Shown here piece after piece: positions 38,903 to 49,038 of a DNA stretch of 64,000 nt (within the stretch, counting starts at the first letter, position 1; each line of letters begins with the position of its first letter). Where the stretch lies: NCBI GenBank assembly GCA_964391965.1, contig CAYMOC010000002.1, positions 16,915 through 80,914 of the forward strand. Reading direction: 5' to 3'. This DNA is from an uncultured Thermoplasmatales archaeon. Its GTDB lineage: Archaea; Thermoplasmatota; E2; DHVEG-1. The notes below the pieces were generated by a model. It saw nothing but the letters and a program-made list of their open reading frames with translations, had not been told where the DNA came from and did not search any database. The position numbers were made by a program, and so were the translations under genes.

Positions 38903-40183
38903 TTATACTTTTTTTCCAAAACCTTTGCTTACCATTAATTCTTTACCCTCTATTACTCTTTCACCACGTATAAAAACATCCGAAGGAAAACATGCTCTAA
39001 AACCTTCAAATGGCGTCCAACCACAACGTGAATGAAGCATATCCGAATCAATCTTGGTTTCATCTTTTAAATCAATAACAACTAAATCAGCATCAAAACC
39101 TTTAACGATTTTTCCTTTACGGATATTTAATATTTCTGCAGGTTTTTCACATAATAAAGAAATCAAACGATTCCAAGAAATTTTTTCTTTTTTAGCCAAA
39201 TACAAAAACAAAGGATACATTGTTTCAACACCCGGAACACCAGAGGGTGCTTCGTTAAACTCTTTTTCTTTTTCTTCCAAGCTGTGTGGTGCGTGATCAG
39301 ATTCTAAAACATCAAAACCATGTTTAATTATATTTTCAAATAAAAAATCCCTGATATCTTTTTGTCTAATTGGAGGGTTAACTTTGTAAAAACTCTGAGG
39401 AGAAAGATGTTTATCAACATATAATAGACTATGATGAGGGGTTACACCACAACTAACATTATTTTCATTACAGTCCTTAATTAAATTAAATGCTTCTTTT
39501 GTCGAAATATGACAAAAATGAATTTTAACATCCAAACCTTTCTTAAATTCTAACACTTGTTTAACAGCTAATTGTTCACATACACCTGGACGAGTTTTAA
39601 GGTGATCCGAAATGTTTTCTTCTTTTATTCTATATTTATTTAAACATTTTTCATCCTCAGCATGAAACAAAATAGGAACATCAACTCCATCCAATGTTTC
39701 AAACAAAGATTTAAGATTATCAAAATCAAATAACAATGAATTTGTTGAACTACCAAGATATGCTTTGAAACCATTACCAAAATCTGCTAACTTATAAGCA
39801 TCTGAAAAATTGTTGTTATTTAAACCAGCGTACAATCCAAAATCTACAACAGATTTATTTTCAGCAGTAGAAATCTTATCTTTTAAATCTGAAACAGTAA
39901 CAGTTTGTGGTTTTGTATTCGGCATATCAAAAACACAAGAAATACCTCCAAAAACAGCGGCTTTTGAACCTGTATAAAAATCCTCTTTTTGTGTCATACC
40001 AGGATCCCTGAAATGAACATGGATGTCTACCCCTGCTGGAAGGATAACCTTGTTTTTAAACTTAAAATGTTTATCACCGGTTAGAATCTTTTTAATACTA
40101 ACTATTTTACCTTCATCTATTCCAATACAACAGTTTTGAAAACCGCCATTAATGTAACATTTTCCTTCAACAACTGTTTCCAT
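38903..40183 (-). CDS. pyrC: dihydroorotase
   Basis: DIHVHFRDPG…MPNTKP is a cyclic amidohydrolase signature. The start is at the internal ATG at 40183. Confidence 0.7.
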   Translation of the reverse strand: METVVEGKCYINGGFQNCCIGIDEGKIVSIKKILTGDKHFKFKNKVILPAGVDIHVHFRDPGMTQKEDFYTGSKAAVFGGISCVFDMPNTKPQTVTVSDLKDKISTAENKSVVDFGLYAGLNNNNFSDAYKLADFGNGFKAYLGSSTNSLLFDFDNLKSLFETLDGVDVPILFHAEDEKCLNKYRIKEENISDHLKTRPGVCEQLAVKQVLEFKKGLDVKIHFCHISTKEAFNLIKDCNENNVSCGVTPHHSLLYVDKHLSPQSFYKVNPPIRQKDIRDFLFENIIKHGFDVLESDHAPHSLEEKEKEFNEAPSGVPGVETMYPLFLYLAKKEKISWNRLISLLCEKPAEILNIRKGKIVKGFDADLVVIDLKDETKIDSDMLHSRCGWTPFEGFRACFPSDVFIRGERVIEGKELMVSKGFGKKV

Positions 40184-40778
40184 CAATTTTTTTCTCCAAT
40201 ATTTCTCCATTGGGTTTTGTTTCAGTAAAAATCTGACCAGAGAATTTATAAATTTTTGTATCAGTTTCAAACCAGGAATCAGGAGGAAGTCCTGCTTTCA
40301 TACAAGTGTGATTCAAAAATTCTTCTTTATCCCACTCTTGTTCAACAGGCACCTGTGGAAGAAGTAGTCCTTTAAACATTCCTTTTTCCACGATGAGTCC
40401 ATCTCGTCCGATTTTTATTGTATCAACATACTCTTGTGGTTTATCAACCTTGATTATTTCTGGTTTTGTAAGAATTGTAACCTCAATAATAATTTTATCA
40501 AGCTCATCAACACTTAAAGGAGGAAAACGAGGATCCCGGGTAGCTGAACTAGCTCCTTCTGCTATAGCGTCTTTTAGTTTCATAACAGGCGTGGGAATTC
40601 CTATACATCCACGTAAATCATGATTTGGGTGAGTATGAAGTGTTACAAAAGCTCCTTGTTTTTCATCAAAAAAATCTTCATCAAAACCAGGTATAGTATC
40701 ATTTTTAACTTTATTTTCAACAACGTTTCTAGCATACTTTACTGCTTTTTTTCCTTTATCTAAATCAATCATAATCAA
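40167..40778 (-). CDS. AMMECR1 domain protein
   Basis: It has the LRGCIG signature. Confidence 0.7.
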   Translation of the reverse strand: MIMIDLDKGKKAVKYARNVVENKVKNDTIPGFDEDFFDEKQGAFVTLHTHPNHDLRGCIGIPTPVMKLKDAIAEGASSATRDPRFPPLSVDELDKIIIEVTILTKPEIIKVDKPQEYVDTIKIGRDGLIVEKGMFKGLLLPQVPVEQEWDKEEFLNHTCMKAGLPPDSWFETDTKIYKFSGQIFTETKPNGEILEKKIDGNSC

Positions 40779-40852
40779 AAAAAGAGTAACATATTTGTTA
40801 TTTAAAAGAAATTTGGTAGAAAAAAAATAAAAAAAGAAATTTTTAAAAATAT

Positions 40853-43800
40853 TTAGTCTTCATCTCTTGACATCAATATGTTTTCTGTTTGAGTCATTGG
40901 TTCATTATCTTCAGAAACAACTTCAAGTGTTCCAATATAGGTATAATTAACTGTATCATTTCCAAATTTAACTGTTTGATTTATAGATACATTATATGAA
41001 CCGGGTTTCAACTCTAGATAATACTGACCGTTTTTATCAGAGGTTATTGTTTTTGATGCTGCTGTGTTATTAACAACTGATTCGTTTTTATCAAAATCAA
41101 TCTTTATGTTACCAATGTTTGAACCATTAATTTTGTCCTTTGTTTCACCACTTACATTGACTGTATGTTTTGTAAGAGAGATATCTAAAGAACTTGTAGA
41201 TGCTGTATCTATTTGTCCATCATAGGAATACACCAAAGCTTTACCCTCTTCTGTATAGCTTCGAATGGTTATATTATAAGAAGCATCATTATTTAATTCT
41301 ACAGTGAACTCTCCGTTTTCATCACTAGTTGGATCATCGGGTGATTTAGCAGGGTTATCCTCTGCTGATTTATCTATCGAGAAATCAATTTCTATATCAT
41401 CAACAGGTTGATTGTTAAATTCAACGTTTCCTGTGAAAGTTAAAGATTCTTTGGTTAATGAAATATTTTGACTTGTTCCATCAGAAGCAGAATCTATATC
41501 ACCTGAACCTGTGTAAACAACTACATCACCTTCGGTGTAATTAACAGATATATTGTAGTAACCTTCAGGTGTTAATTCAACCAGATAGTATCCATCTGAA
41601 TCTGTTGTTGGATTAAATGGTTTTAACGCTGAGTTATTTTCAATTGATTCATCGATTTCAAAATCAAGAGCGATACCTGATTTTTCTATAACGTTTGAGC
41701 TTTTATCAACTATATAACCAGTTATTGTAGCGGAATGTTTCTCAGTTAGTTCTATGTCTTTATCATTGATTTCTGTTTCACTTTTATCAATTGTAAAACC
41801 ACTTTCATTATAAGTGTAAACTAAAACATCTCCTTCTTTATGACTTATCGAAATATTATATACTCCAGGTATCAAATCAAACTTTTCATCAGTTTCTCCA
41901 TTTAATTCATTTGTATATTCGCCATTTAAGTTAGTAATAGCAGTTTTTGCAACTGCAGTATTATTAACAGGATCCTCAACAGACAGATCTGGTGAAAACT
42001 CAATCTGTATTTCTTTATCTTCAACATCTTCACCATCGTATTCAACAGAACCACTTACTTCAACAGGTGCAAGACCAACTGAAATATTATAAGTCAAGGT
42101 CTCATTTTCCTGAGGGAAAATGTATTCCTCTGCAGCATATTCAGTAGTCTCAACTTTTAAAGTGTAGTTGTTAAGATTTAAACCATTAATTGAACCAGGT
42201 ATAAGATTTTTAAAAGAAAAATCTCCTTCGGAATCAGTTGTATCATTTTTAATTTCAGAAGCAACAGTGAACATGTCAGTTGTTTTTTTATGAAGTAAAC
42301 GAACAGTCACATCTTTTAGTTCTTCACCAGAATCATATTTTCCATTCTGGTTTTCATCATAAAATAATTTACCTTCAACATTGGCTGGTTTAGCTTTTGA
42401 AATATTAAGTGTTTTAGTACCAGAATGTAAATTCACAAGATTTCCATAAATGTTGAAATCACCTTCTGATGCATATAGTTGATATCTTCCAGGGAATAAA
42501 TCTGAAACACCATAAAAACCTGATTCTGAAGAAGTATTATCGCCTCGATCGCCTCCCGCAGTATCAGGTTGACCATTTTGATCTATTTTAGTTATTTCTA
42601 TAAGATTCACAGATACATTAGAAAGAACTTTATCAGAGGAAGAATCAAAACTACTATTATCATCCTTATTTTCAAAAACATAACCTTCAACACCTGCAGG
42701 TTTAATTGTAATATTTCCAAGATCTATTCTTCCTTTATCATCAGTAAGTCGCATAGCTTCATCCTCTGAAACTTGAACAGTTATATTTTTAAGGATGAAA
42801 CCACCAACATTTTCATTTTCAATGGATGCAGGAATACCAGAACCAATGGTTGGATAAATATTGAATAATTGTGACATATACTCAGGATAACGAATAACAC
42901 TGAGTTTTATTTCCCCGCCACCAGTTAAAGCACTAAAGTTACCATCAGAAATATTAATCTGATCATGTGTTACTGGAATAACAACTTCATCTGTGTAACT
43001 AAGATTTTTCTGAACCAGCATCATCACAGGTTTATTCATATATTCACCTTGATAAACAAGTGAACCGTTGACTGTGGCACCCTCGTAATATTTAGCAATG
43101 ACAACTGGAGCGAAACCTTGATATTTGGAAATATCAGAAACATACTCTGCATAGAAATGCTTCATACCCTGACAAGGGAGTTGAAAATTTGGAAACTGAC
43201 TTTGTTGTTGCCCTTGCATCTGTGACATTTGACTTTGCCTATATCCAAAGAATGTTTTGTAAAACATAGTATTAAAATATGGATCTTGATAATCCTGACT
43301 AGTGTCAGTAACTTGATAATATTGCCTTTCATTTTCAGGTAATTCTAGAATTTCTTTGGCATACTGATCGAACCTACGTTCAGGTTCTCCTTGTGGATTC
43401 AAAACTTCTCCTTTGTAATTGATTTTAACAAATTCATCACTTGGTACTTGTTGAGTCATAATAAGACTTTTATCAGCAAGAAATGCAAATATACTAAAAA
43501 TTTGTCTATCATAGATTTCTGTAGCATAATAACGAATACTTAACCCCGTAGTTTCCTGAATATCATGATAGAACCACACGGTTTCATCCAGAGATAGACC
43601 AGTTGTGTTATTATTTACCAAATCAACAATATCATGATAATAAGCATTTTCAGGCCATTGAGCACCTACTTTTAGAAATCTTTCATCAATATTTTGAATA
43701 TACTGATGATACTCAGGATAAATGTCTTCACCGTATGATGGAGACTCAGTAGGCTGTTCTAACCAAGAAGAGATCTTTTCTGCATTATCCGGGAAATATT

Positions 43801-45790
43801 TATTTAAAACATCATACACATCATCAGAAACTTTGTTTTTGTTTTTTGAAACATCGCCTTCCATCAAACGTATCGCTAAAACAGCTATAGCTTCTTTTTC
43901 ACTAGTAGCAGTATGAAAATTACTGGCAGGAGGAATACCATCCTGGAAATTGTCAGCAACAGTAGGATGTTCACCAATTGCAACCTCATAGAAACCATAA
44001 TCCCACCAGGATATAACAGCAGGACGATCTACTGGATCTGAAATATCTGTATCTTGTTGTTTCAACCATTGAAAAGCTTCAGTCCAATATCTTTCTTTTC
44101 CAACACCTAAACCAAATGGATGAGAAACTTCTTCACCCCAAAACATTTCCTTCCATGTGCCATCTCCATCTTCAGTTTCAGCATTAGGAATAGCAGCAGT
44201 AAAAACAGGTATAATATTAAAAATCAAAGACATAGAAACAAAAAGGATTCCCACTACATGTAAAACTTTTACACCACGTCGTATCCCATGCAAACCTCCT
44301 CCAGCATTTTTAATATCCCTAACCATACCTGGATAGTCAATTTTATCAATAATTAACCAAGTTAGAAAACCAGCAAAAATAGCTATCACCGGCGCCATAT
44401 CTGTAAGAAAACGACCAGCAATACCAGTCAACCAAACATTTACCATAAACAAGATAACCAAAAATAATAAATCATTTCTCTCATGATTTTTATAAAATTT
44501 ATAGATTACAAAAATAAAACCAGCCCAACCAAGCCAATACAAAACAGCACCGAAATTCATAACAGTATTACTAATCGGAAAAGTATTAGCCTCAGCAATA
44601 GTCAAAGAAACTTTATTAGAATAAATCCCGCCAGTACCACGAATGATTTCACTAAACTTTGAAAGCTGACCTATATATGGGACAACAGAACTAAGCTCTG
44701 GAATAAACCATAAAAAGGAAAAACCAGCACCACCTAAAATTAATATAACAGGCAATGAAAGAGTCCAAGGGATTTTTCTTCTACCCAACACATAATAGAT
44801 TAATCCAAAAATCAAGACTCCTAATATCATATAAAATGGGATTGTTGCTCTGAAACCACTCGCCCATTTTGATGCGATCACAGGCAACGAAACCATATAA
44901 CCTGTAAAAAGTATAACCAAAGGAGGCATAAACGTTTTAATATCATCTTTTCCTTTTAAAAGATCGATAAAAATTTGAACAAATGCATACAACGCAATAA
45001 CAGTATACAAGTATTCATGTTCAACCCAAACCATACTTAAACCAGCAAGAGATATTCCTCCAAGAAGAGCATAAAAAAATGATTTTGCTCTATCTTTTTC
45101 TTTAATGCTTTTTATAAGAAAAGCAAACGTTATGAAAAACAAAAGTAAGTTAAATGAATCATGATCAAAAAGAGAATAAGCTGAACCATGACCTGTACCA
45201 ACAATTGCAACAGTTAACGAAAGCCATAAAGCAGAGATTAATCCAACTTTTTTATTAAATACATCTTTTCCTATAGAATAAACTGGGAAAACAAGTAACG
45301 CTCCAAATAAAGCAGGTATAAACTGCATCGCATATCCAATTGCATCAATTTCATCCATAAACGGAGTTAACACTCTACTGAAACCAAGAGCCATCATGTT
45401 AAATAATGGAGCACGACCACCAGATCGGCCAATAGGATAATCTAGTAAGGGATCATTCTCTGAGTAAAACTGGTACGTCCCCTCATTATATGTTTCTTCA
45501 ACGATTCTCATATTATAGTAAGGGTCCGGGCCTGAAAGATAATATTTTTCTAAGCCATCTCCATCAGGATTATATGCTACACCACTTATAATGTTGAAAT
45601 AGGAATTAAAGAGTAATACTAATAAAAAGATTCCAATTAAAGCAACTCCTATCCACCAGTTTTTTTTCAGTTTAGGGATTGTGCTTTTTGGTTTTTCAAT
45701 CACTGTTTTTCTGGTGGATACATGTTTTGGTTCTTCTGAATAGGTTTTACTTTTTCTTTGTGCTCGTTTTCGCATTTTAACTTTCACCAT
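40853..45790 (-). CDS. aglB: oligosaccharyltransferase AglB/STT3 with ~700-aa C-terminal repeat extension
   Basis: It has a polytopic N-terminal domain, the WWDYG motif (ISWWDYGFYE) and an N-terminal DPYY/SGGRAPL region. C-terminal repeated beta-domains contain YNISVNYTEGDVVVYTG-like units. Confidence 0.8.
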   Translation of the reverse strand: MVKVKMRKRAQRKSKTYSEEPKHVSTRKTVIEKPKSTIPKLKKNWWIGVALIGIFLLVLLFNSYFNIISGVAYNPDGDGLEKYYLSGPDPYYNMRIVEETYNEGTYQFYSENDPLLDYPIGRSGGRAPLFNMMALGFSRVLTPFMDEIDAIGYAMQFIPALFGALLVFPVYSIGKDVFNKKVGLISALWLSLTVAIVGTGHGSAYSLFDHDSFNLLLFFITFAFLIKSIKEKDRAKSFFYALLGGISLAGLSMVWVEHEYLYTVIALYAFVQIFIDLLKGKDDIKTFMPPLVILFTGYMVSLPVIASKWASGFRATIPFYMILGVLIFGLIYYVLGRRKIPWTLSLPVILILGGAGFSFLWFIPELSSVVPYIGQLSKFSEIIRGTGGIYSNKVSLTIAEANTFPISNTVMNFGAVLYWLGWAGFIFVIYKFYKNHERNDLLFLVILFMVNVWLTGIAGRFLTDMAPVIAIFAGFLTWLIIDKIDYPGMVRDIKNAGGGLHGIRRGVKVLHVVGILFVSMSLIFNIIPVFTAAIPNAETEDGDGTWKEMFWGEEVSHPFGLGVGKERYWTEAFQWLKQQDTDISDPVDRPAVISWWDYGFYEVAIGEHPTVADNFQDGIPPASNFHTATSEKEAIAVLAIRLMEGDVSKNKNKVSDDVYDVLNKYFPDNAEKISSWLEQPTESPSYGEDIYPEYHQYIQNIDERFLKVGAQWPENAYYHDIVDLVNNNTTGLSLDETVWFYHDIQETTGLSIRYYATEIYDRQIFSIFAFLADKSLIMTQQVPSDEFVKINYKGEVLNPQGEPERRFDQYAKEILELPENERQYYQVTDTSQDYQDPYFNTMFYKTFFGYRQSQMSQMQGQQQSQFPNFQLPCQGMKHFYAEYVSDISKYQGFAPVVIAKYYEGATVNGSLVYQGEYMNKPVMMLVQKNLSYTDEVVIPVTHDQINISDGNFSALTGGGEIKLSVIRYPEYMSQLFNIYPTIGSGIPASIENENVGGFILKNITVQVSEDEAMRLTDDKGRIDLGNITIKPAGVEGYVFENKDDNSSFDSSSDKVLSNVSVNLIEITKIDQNGQPDTAGGDRGDNTSSESGFYGVSDLFPGRYQLYASEGDFNIYGNLVNLHSGTKTLNISKAKPANVEGKLFYDENQNGKYDSGEELKDVTVRLLHKKTTDMFTVASEIKNDTTDSEGDFSFKNLIPGSINGLNLNNYTLKVETTEYAAEEYIFPQENETLTYNISVGLAPVEVSGSVEYDGEDVEDKEIQIEFSPDLSVEDPVNNTAVAKTAITNLNGEYTNELNGETDEKFDLIPGVYNISISHKEGDVLVYTYNESGFTIDKSETEINDKDIELTEKHSATITGYIVDKSSNVIEKSGIALDFEIDESIENNSALKPFNPTTDSDGYYLVELTPEGYYNISVNYTEGDVVVYTGSGDIDSASDGTSQNISLTKESLTFTGNVEFNNQPVDDIEIDFSIDKSAEDNPAKSPDDPTSDENGEFTVELNNDASYNITIRSYTEEGKALVYSYDGQIDTASTSSLDISLTKHTVNVSGETKDKINGSNIGNIKIDFDKNESVVNNTAASKTITSDKNGQYYLELKPGSYNVSINQTVKFGNDTVNYTYIGTLEVVSEDNEPMTQTENILMSRDED

Positions 45791-45870
45791 TTTTTAAATA
45801 ATTCTAAAATTGGGTTTTAATAGTCAGAACCCGTAAAAAGTCTAGCATTATATATAAGTTATCTAAATAA

Positions 45871-46743
45871 TTATAATGATTGATTTGAAAGAATCTTTTT
45901 CATAACAGTTGCAGTTTTTACTATACTAAAATCATTTTCGATAGTATCAGTTGATATGATTTCATCACATCCATTAGATTTTAGTTTTTCAACAGCATTT
46001 TTTGCAAACAAACCATGAGTGCAAGCTGCAAAAACTTTGTTTGCACCATTTTTTTTAAGCTGCTGAATTGATTTAGCCATGGTGCCACCAGTTGAGATTA
46101 TATCATCAACTATTGCTACATTTTTGTTTTTTGCATCAAGATTTTTTGGTTTAATTTCAACTGTCTCTCCATCGATGCGTGTTTTTTCCATATAATCAAA
46201 ATCACAACCAATGATCGATGCTGCTTTTTTAGCTCTATTAAGTGCTCCTTTGTCAGGAGCAAGAATCATATCAACATCTTTTGTTTTTAGATGTTCTGCA
46301 ATAGCAGAAACAGCTGAACAACTTTTAGCTTCACAATCAAAAAAATCAAGAATGTATTCTTTATGAGGATCCACTGTTACAAAAAAATCTGTATTCAAAC
46401 TAATAAGTTTAGCAATAGCACGAGCACTAATTGGTTCCCCATCTTTAAATTTTTGATCCTGACGAGCATAACCAAAATAAGGAGCAACAACTGTGATACT
46501 ATTTGCTTTTGCTTCTTTTACTGCATCCATAAGTAAAAAAAGCTCAATTATTTTTTCATCAGGAAAAGTAGTTTGAACAATTATAACATCTTCATCAGAT
46601 ACATCATCCATGAGTCTAACATACAATTCTCCATCAGGAAAACGTTTTCTCTCAAGTTTAACCACTGATACATTCAAAACTTTAGATAAGTCATTAGATA
46701 TTTTCTTTGATGCTGAACCTTCAATAATCTTCATAACAATCAA
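45871..46743 (-). CDS. prs: ribose-phosphate pyrophosphokinase
   Basis: It has the PRPP-binding motif VDDIISTGGT. Confidence 0.8.
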   Translation of the reverse strand: MIVMKIIEGSASKKISNDLSKVLNVSVVKLERKRFPDGELYVRLMDDVSDEDVIIVQTTFPDEKIIELFLLMDAVKEAKANSITVVAPYFGYARQDQKFKDGEPISARAIAKLISLNTDFFVTVDPHKEYILDFFDCEAKSCSAVSAIAEHLKTKDVDMILAPDKGALNRAKKAASIIGCDFDYMEKTRIDGETVEIKPKNLDAKNKNVAIVDDIISTGGTMAKSIQQLKKNGANKVFAACTHGLFAKNAVEKLKSNGCDEIISTDTIENDFSIVKTATVMKKILSNQSL

Positions 46744-46839
46744 AAAATCGAAACTGCAATTAGATTAAAAAGTTTTTTTGGTAAGAAAGTTTTTATAACA
46801 ATCAAATATTATTCTATTTAAAGAAGGTGGGATGTAATA

Positions 46840-49029
46840 ATGAAATACAATCGTACTATTATTTTTATATTAATAATCGGATTAATTTTTTCTTCTGTAG
46901 CTGTTAATATTGACACGATAAATGCAGATGATGAAAATGCACAAGACAATGTGGATACTGAATTCAGAATTACAATAAATTCTCCCACTTATTTTTTGAT
47001 TAATGCAACAACGATTGTTGAACATATAACCCTACCAGGCAGCGGTAAAACATATAACACCTCTCAGATTGAATCAGGGAGTGCACCTCTCGAGGCTATT
47101 AAAGGACGCATCCATGAAGTTATAAATGAAACAATAAGAAATACATTCCCAGGATGTAAAATAAATCCGAATCAGGATTTACCAGCATATACTAATGGTT
47201 CTTTTAACTCCGATTTTTTTATAACTGTAACAACAGAGTTTTTTTCAATGAACGAAAAAGCAGATTTAGCTAAAATGCTAAAAGGAATGCTAAATATGGG
47301 TGCAGATATAGTATACGATTTTAATCTATACGCAACAAACGGATGGCAGAACACTTTTGAATTTTTTTCTGAATCAGAATACACAATCATCAGCTCCAGC
47401 AGAAAAAAAACTGTTGATGGAAATATACAAAACGAAAATAACAAAAAAATTAAGATTACAAACATGTCAAAATCATCAAGTCTAGAAGAAAAAATCACAT
47501 TTGATTTTAAGATTGATTCAACACAAAATAAAAGAAATTCTCTAGAGATTACAATGACAATAAAATCAATCGCAATATCTATTTATAACCTTCCTGATTA
47601 TGTCGACAAATTGAGTTTTATAACTGCTGATGGAATAAGACTTTTTATAGAAAACAAATTTAACAATTTCACATGGAGCAATATAAAAACCACTACAATC
47701 AATCCTCTAATAAAAGACACGTCATCAATAATTGAAAATTCATCTCTAAATCAAACACTGAACCTCGAATTTGAATGGGATACAAACTCTACAGAAGTTT
47801 CACCGGGCTATGATTTAAATAATATGGATAGTCAACCACCTATAAAAACAACATTTATAGACGACTATGTTAACTTAAGCATATGTAATATCTCTGATAA
47901 AGCATTTTATGGCATAATAAATTCAGGAGGCAAAGTAAATCTTAATTCCGAGGATATCAATTTTGGTGATGGTTTAAACAAATTATCATATGAATATGAG
48001 AATTCAATATTATTCCCAAAAAATATGACATTAAGTAATCAAAATCCATTTACATGGAAACAATCAGAGGATTTTAACGGAAACTTTGAATCGAAAGATG
48101 CAAAGGATTACAATAAAGAAAATAAAGAAACAGTTATTGAAATTGACCTTCAAAATCCTCGGTTAAATGTTTTGAGTTTTATAACAGGTAATACCGAGCT
48201 TGAATTTGATGCAATAGTTACAGAGAGTAGAAAATATTATGTTTCAAATATATCAAATGAATCAGAATATTTCCCAATTCCAGAAAAAATTTCTCTGGAT
48301 TATCTTTGCGCTGATGCCTTTAGATTATGTGTAAATGAAAATGTTTTCAGTGATGAAAACATGACTAGTTTTTTACAGAATGAAAAAAATATTTTCAAAC
48401 AAAGAACAAATGATTTATGGCCGGGTTTAAAAATCGGTAAACAAGCAAAAATAGATAAAACAACGTTTGAAAAATCCTTAAATTCCGAAGAAGTAAATAT
48501 TTTTGATATGGACGAATATCCTGCTATAAATGTTGACAGTAACGCTAAAATAGTTAAGCCTATCAATTTTGATTTAGGTCTTCTACCGCCGTCTTTTAAA
48601 ATAGAAAAACAAACATTTAAAATAGAAAGTTTAGAGGATCAAAATATAACGTATAGGATTATATTCCCAGATGGCATAAATGTAAAGGTTAGAAATAGTT
48701 TAATTAAAGATGCGGATATACAAAAAACAAAAGATGGAAGAACAATAATTGAATTTAGTTTCAATAGTTCAGAAGGAGGTTTGCCTGCTAATCTCATAGA
48801 TTGCGAACTTGAGACGTCCGGTGTTTTTATCCTTGGCATGTTTCTACCATGTATACTCACATTTATTGTGGCAATTATTCTTGTATTAGTAATTATTTTT
48901 GTTAAAAGAAAAAAAGGTGGAAGATTCAGAGATTTAATACCACGTAGATCTAAAAAAGAAAAATTTGAAGAAGACAGTTACGAAGATGAAGAATTCTATG
49001 TTCCGCCACCACCGGAAGGAAAAAAATAG
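46840..49029 (+). CDS. type-I membrane surface protein, hypothetical
   Basis: It has a signal peptide, a large Asn/Ser-rich ectodomain, a C-terminal TM helix and a basic tail with PPPP. Confidence 0.45.
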   Translation: MKYNRTIIFILIIGLIFSSVAVNIDTINADDENAQDNVDTEFRITINSPTYFLINATTIVEHITLPGSGKTYNTSQIESGSAPLEAIKGRIHEVINETIRNTFPGCKINPNQDLPAYTNGSFNSDFFITVTTEFFSMNEKADLAKMLKGMLNMGADIVYDFNLYATNGWQNTFEFFSESEYTIISSSRKKTVDGNIQNENNKKIKITNMSKSSSLEEKITFDFKIDSTQNKRNSLEITMTIKSIAISIYNLPDYVDKLSFITADGIRLFIENKFNNFTWSNIKTTTINPLIKDTSSIIENSSLNQTLNLEFEWDTNSTEVSPGYDLNNMDSQPPIKTTFIDDYVNLSICNISDKAFYGIINSGGKVNLNSEDINFGDGLNKLSYEYENSILFPKNMTLSNQNPFTWKQSEDFNGNFESKDAKDYNKENKETVIEIDLQNPRLNVLSFITGNTELEFDAIVTESRKYYVSNISNESEYFPIPEKISLDYLCADAFRLCVNENVFSDENMTSFLQNEKNIFKQRTNDLWPGLKIGKQAKIDKTTFEKSLNSEEVNIFDMDEYPAINVDSNAKIVKPINFDLGLLPPSFKIEKQTFKIESLEDQNITYRIIFPDGINVKVRNSLIKDADIQKTKDGRTIIEFSFNSSEGGLPANLIDCELETSGVFILGMFLPCILTFIVAIILVLVIIFVKRKKGGRFRDLIPRRSKKEKFEEDSYEDEEFYVPPPPEGKK

Positions 49030-49038
49030 TTGATAAGT

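Noticed and set aside
39054-43916. Antisense ORFs within the pyrC, AMMECR1 and aglB genes
   Set aside because: They are nested antisense.
47172-48860. Three antisense ORFs within the 729-aa surface protein gene
   Set aside because: They are nested antisense.
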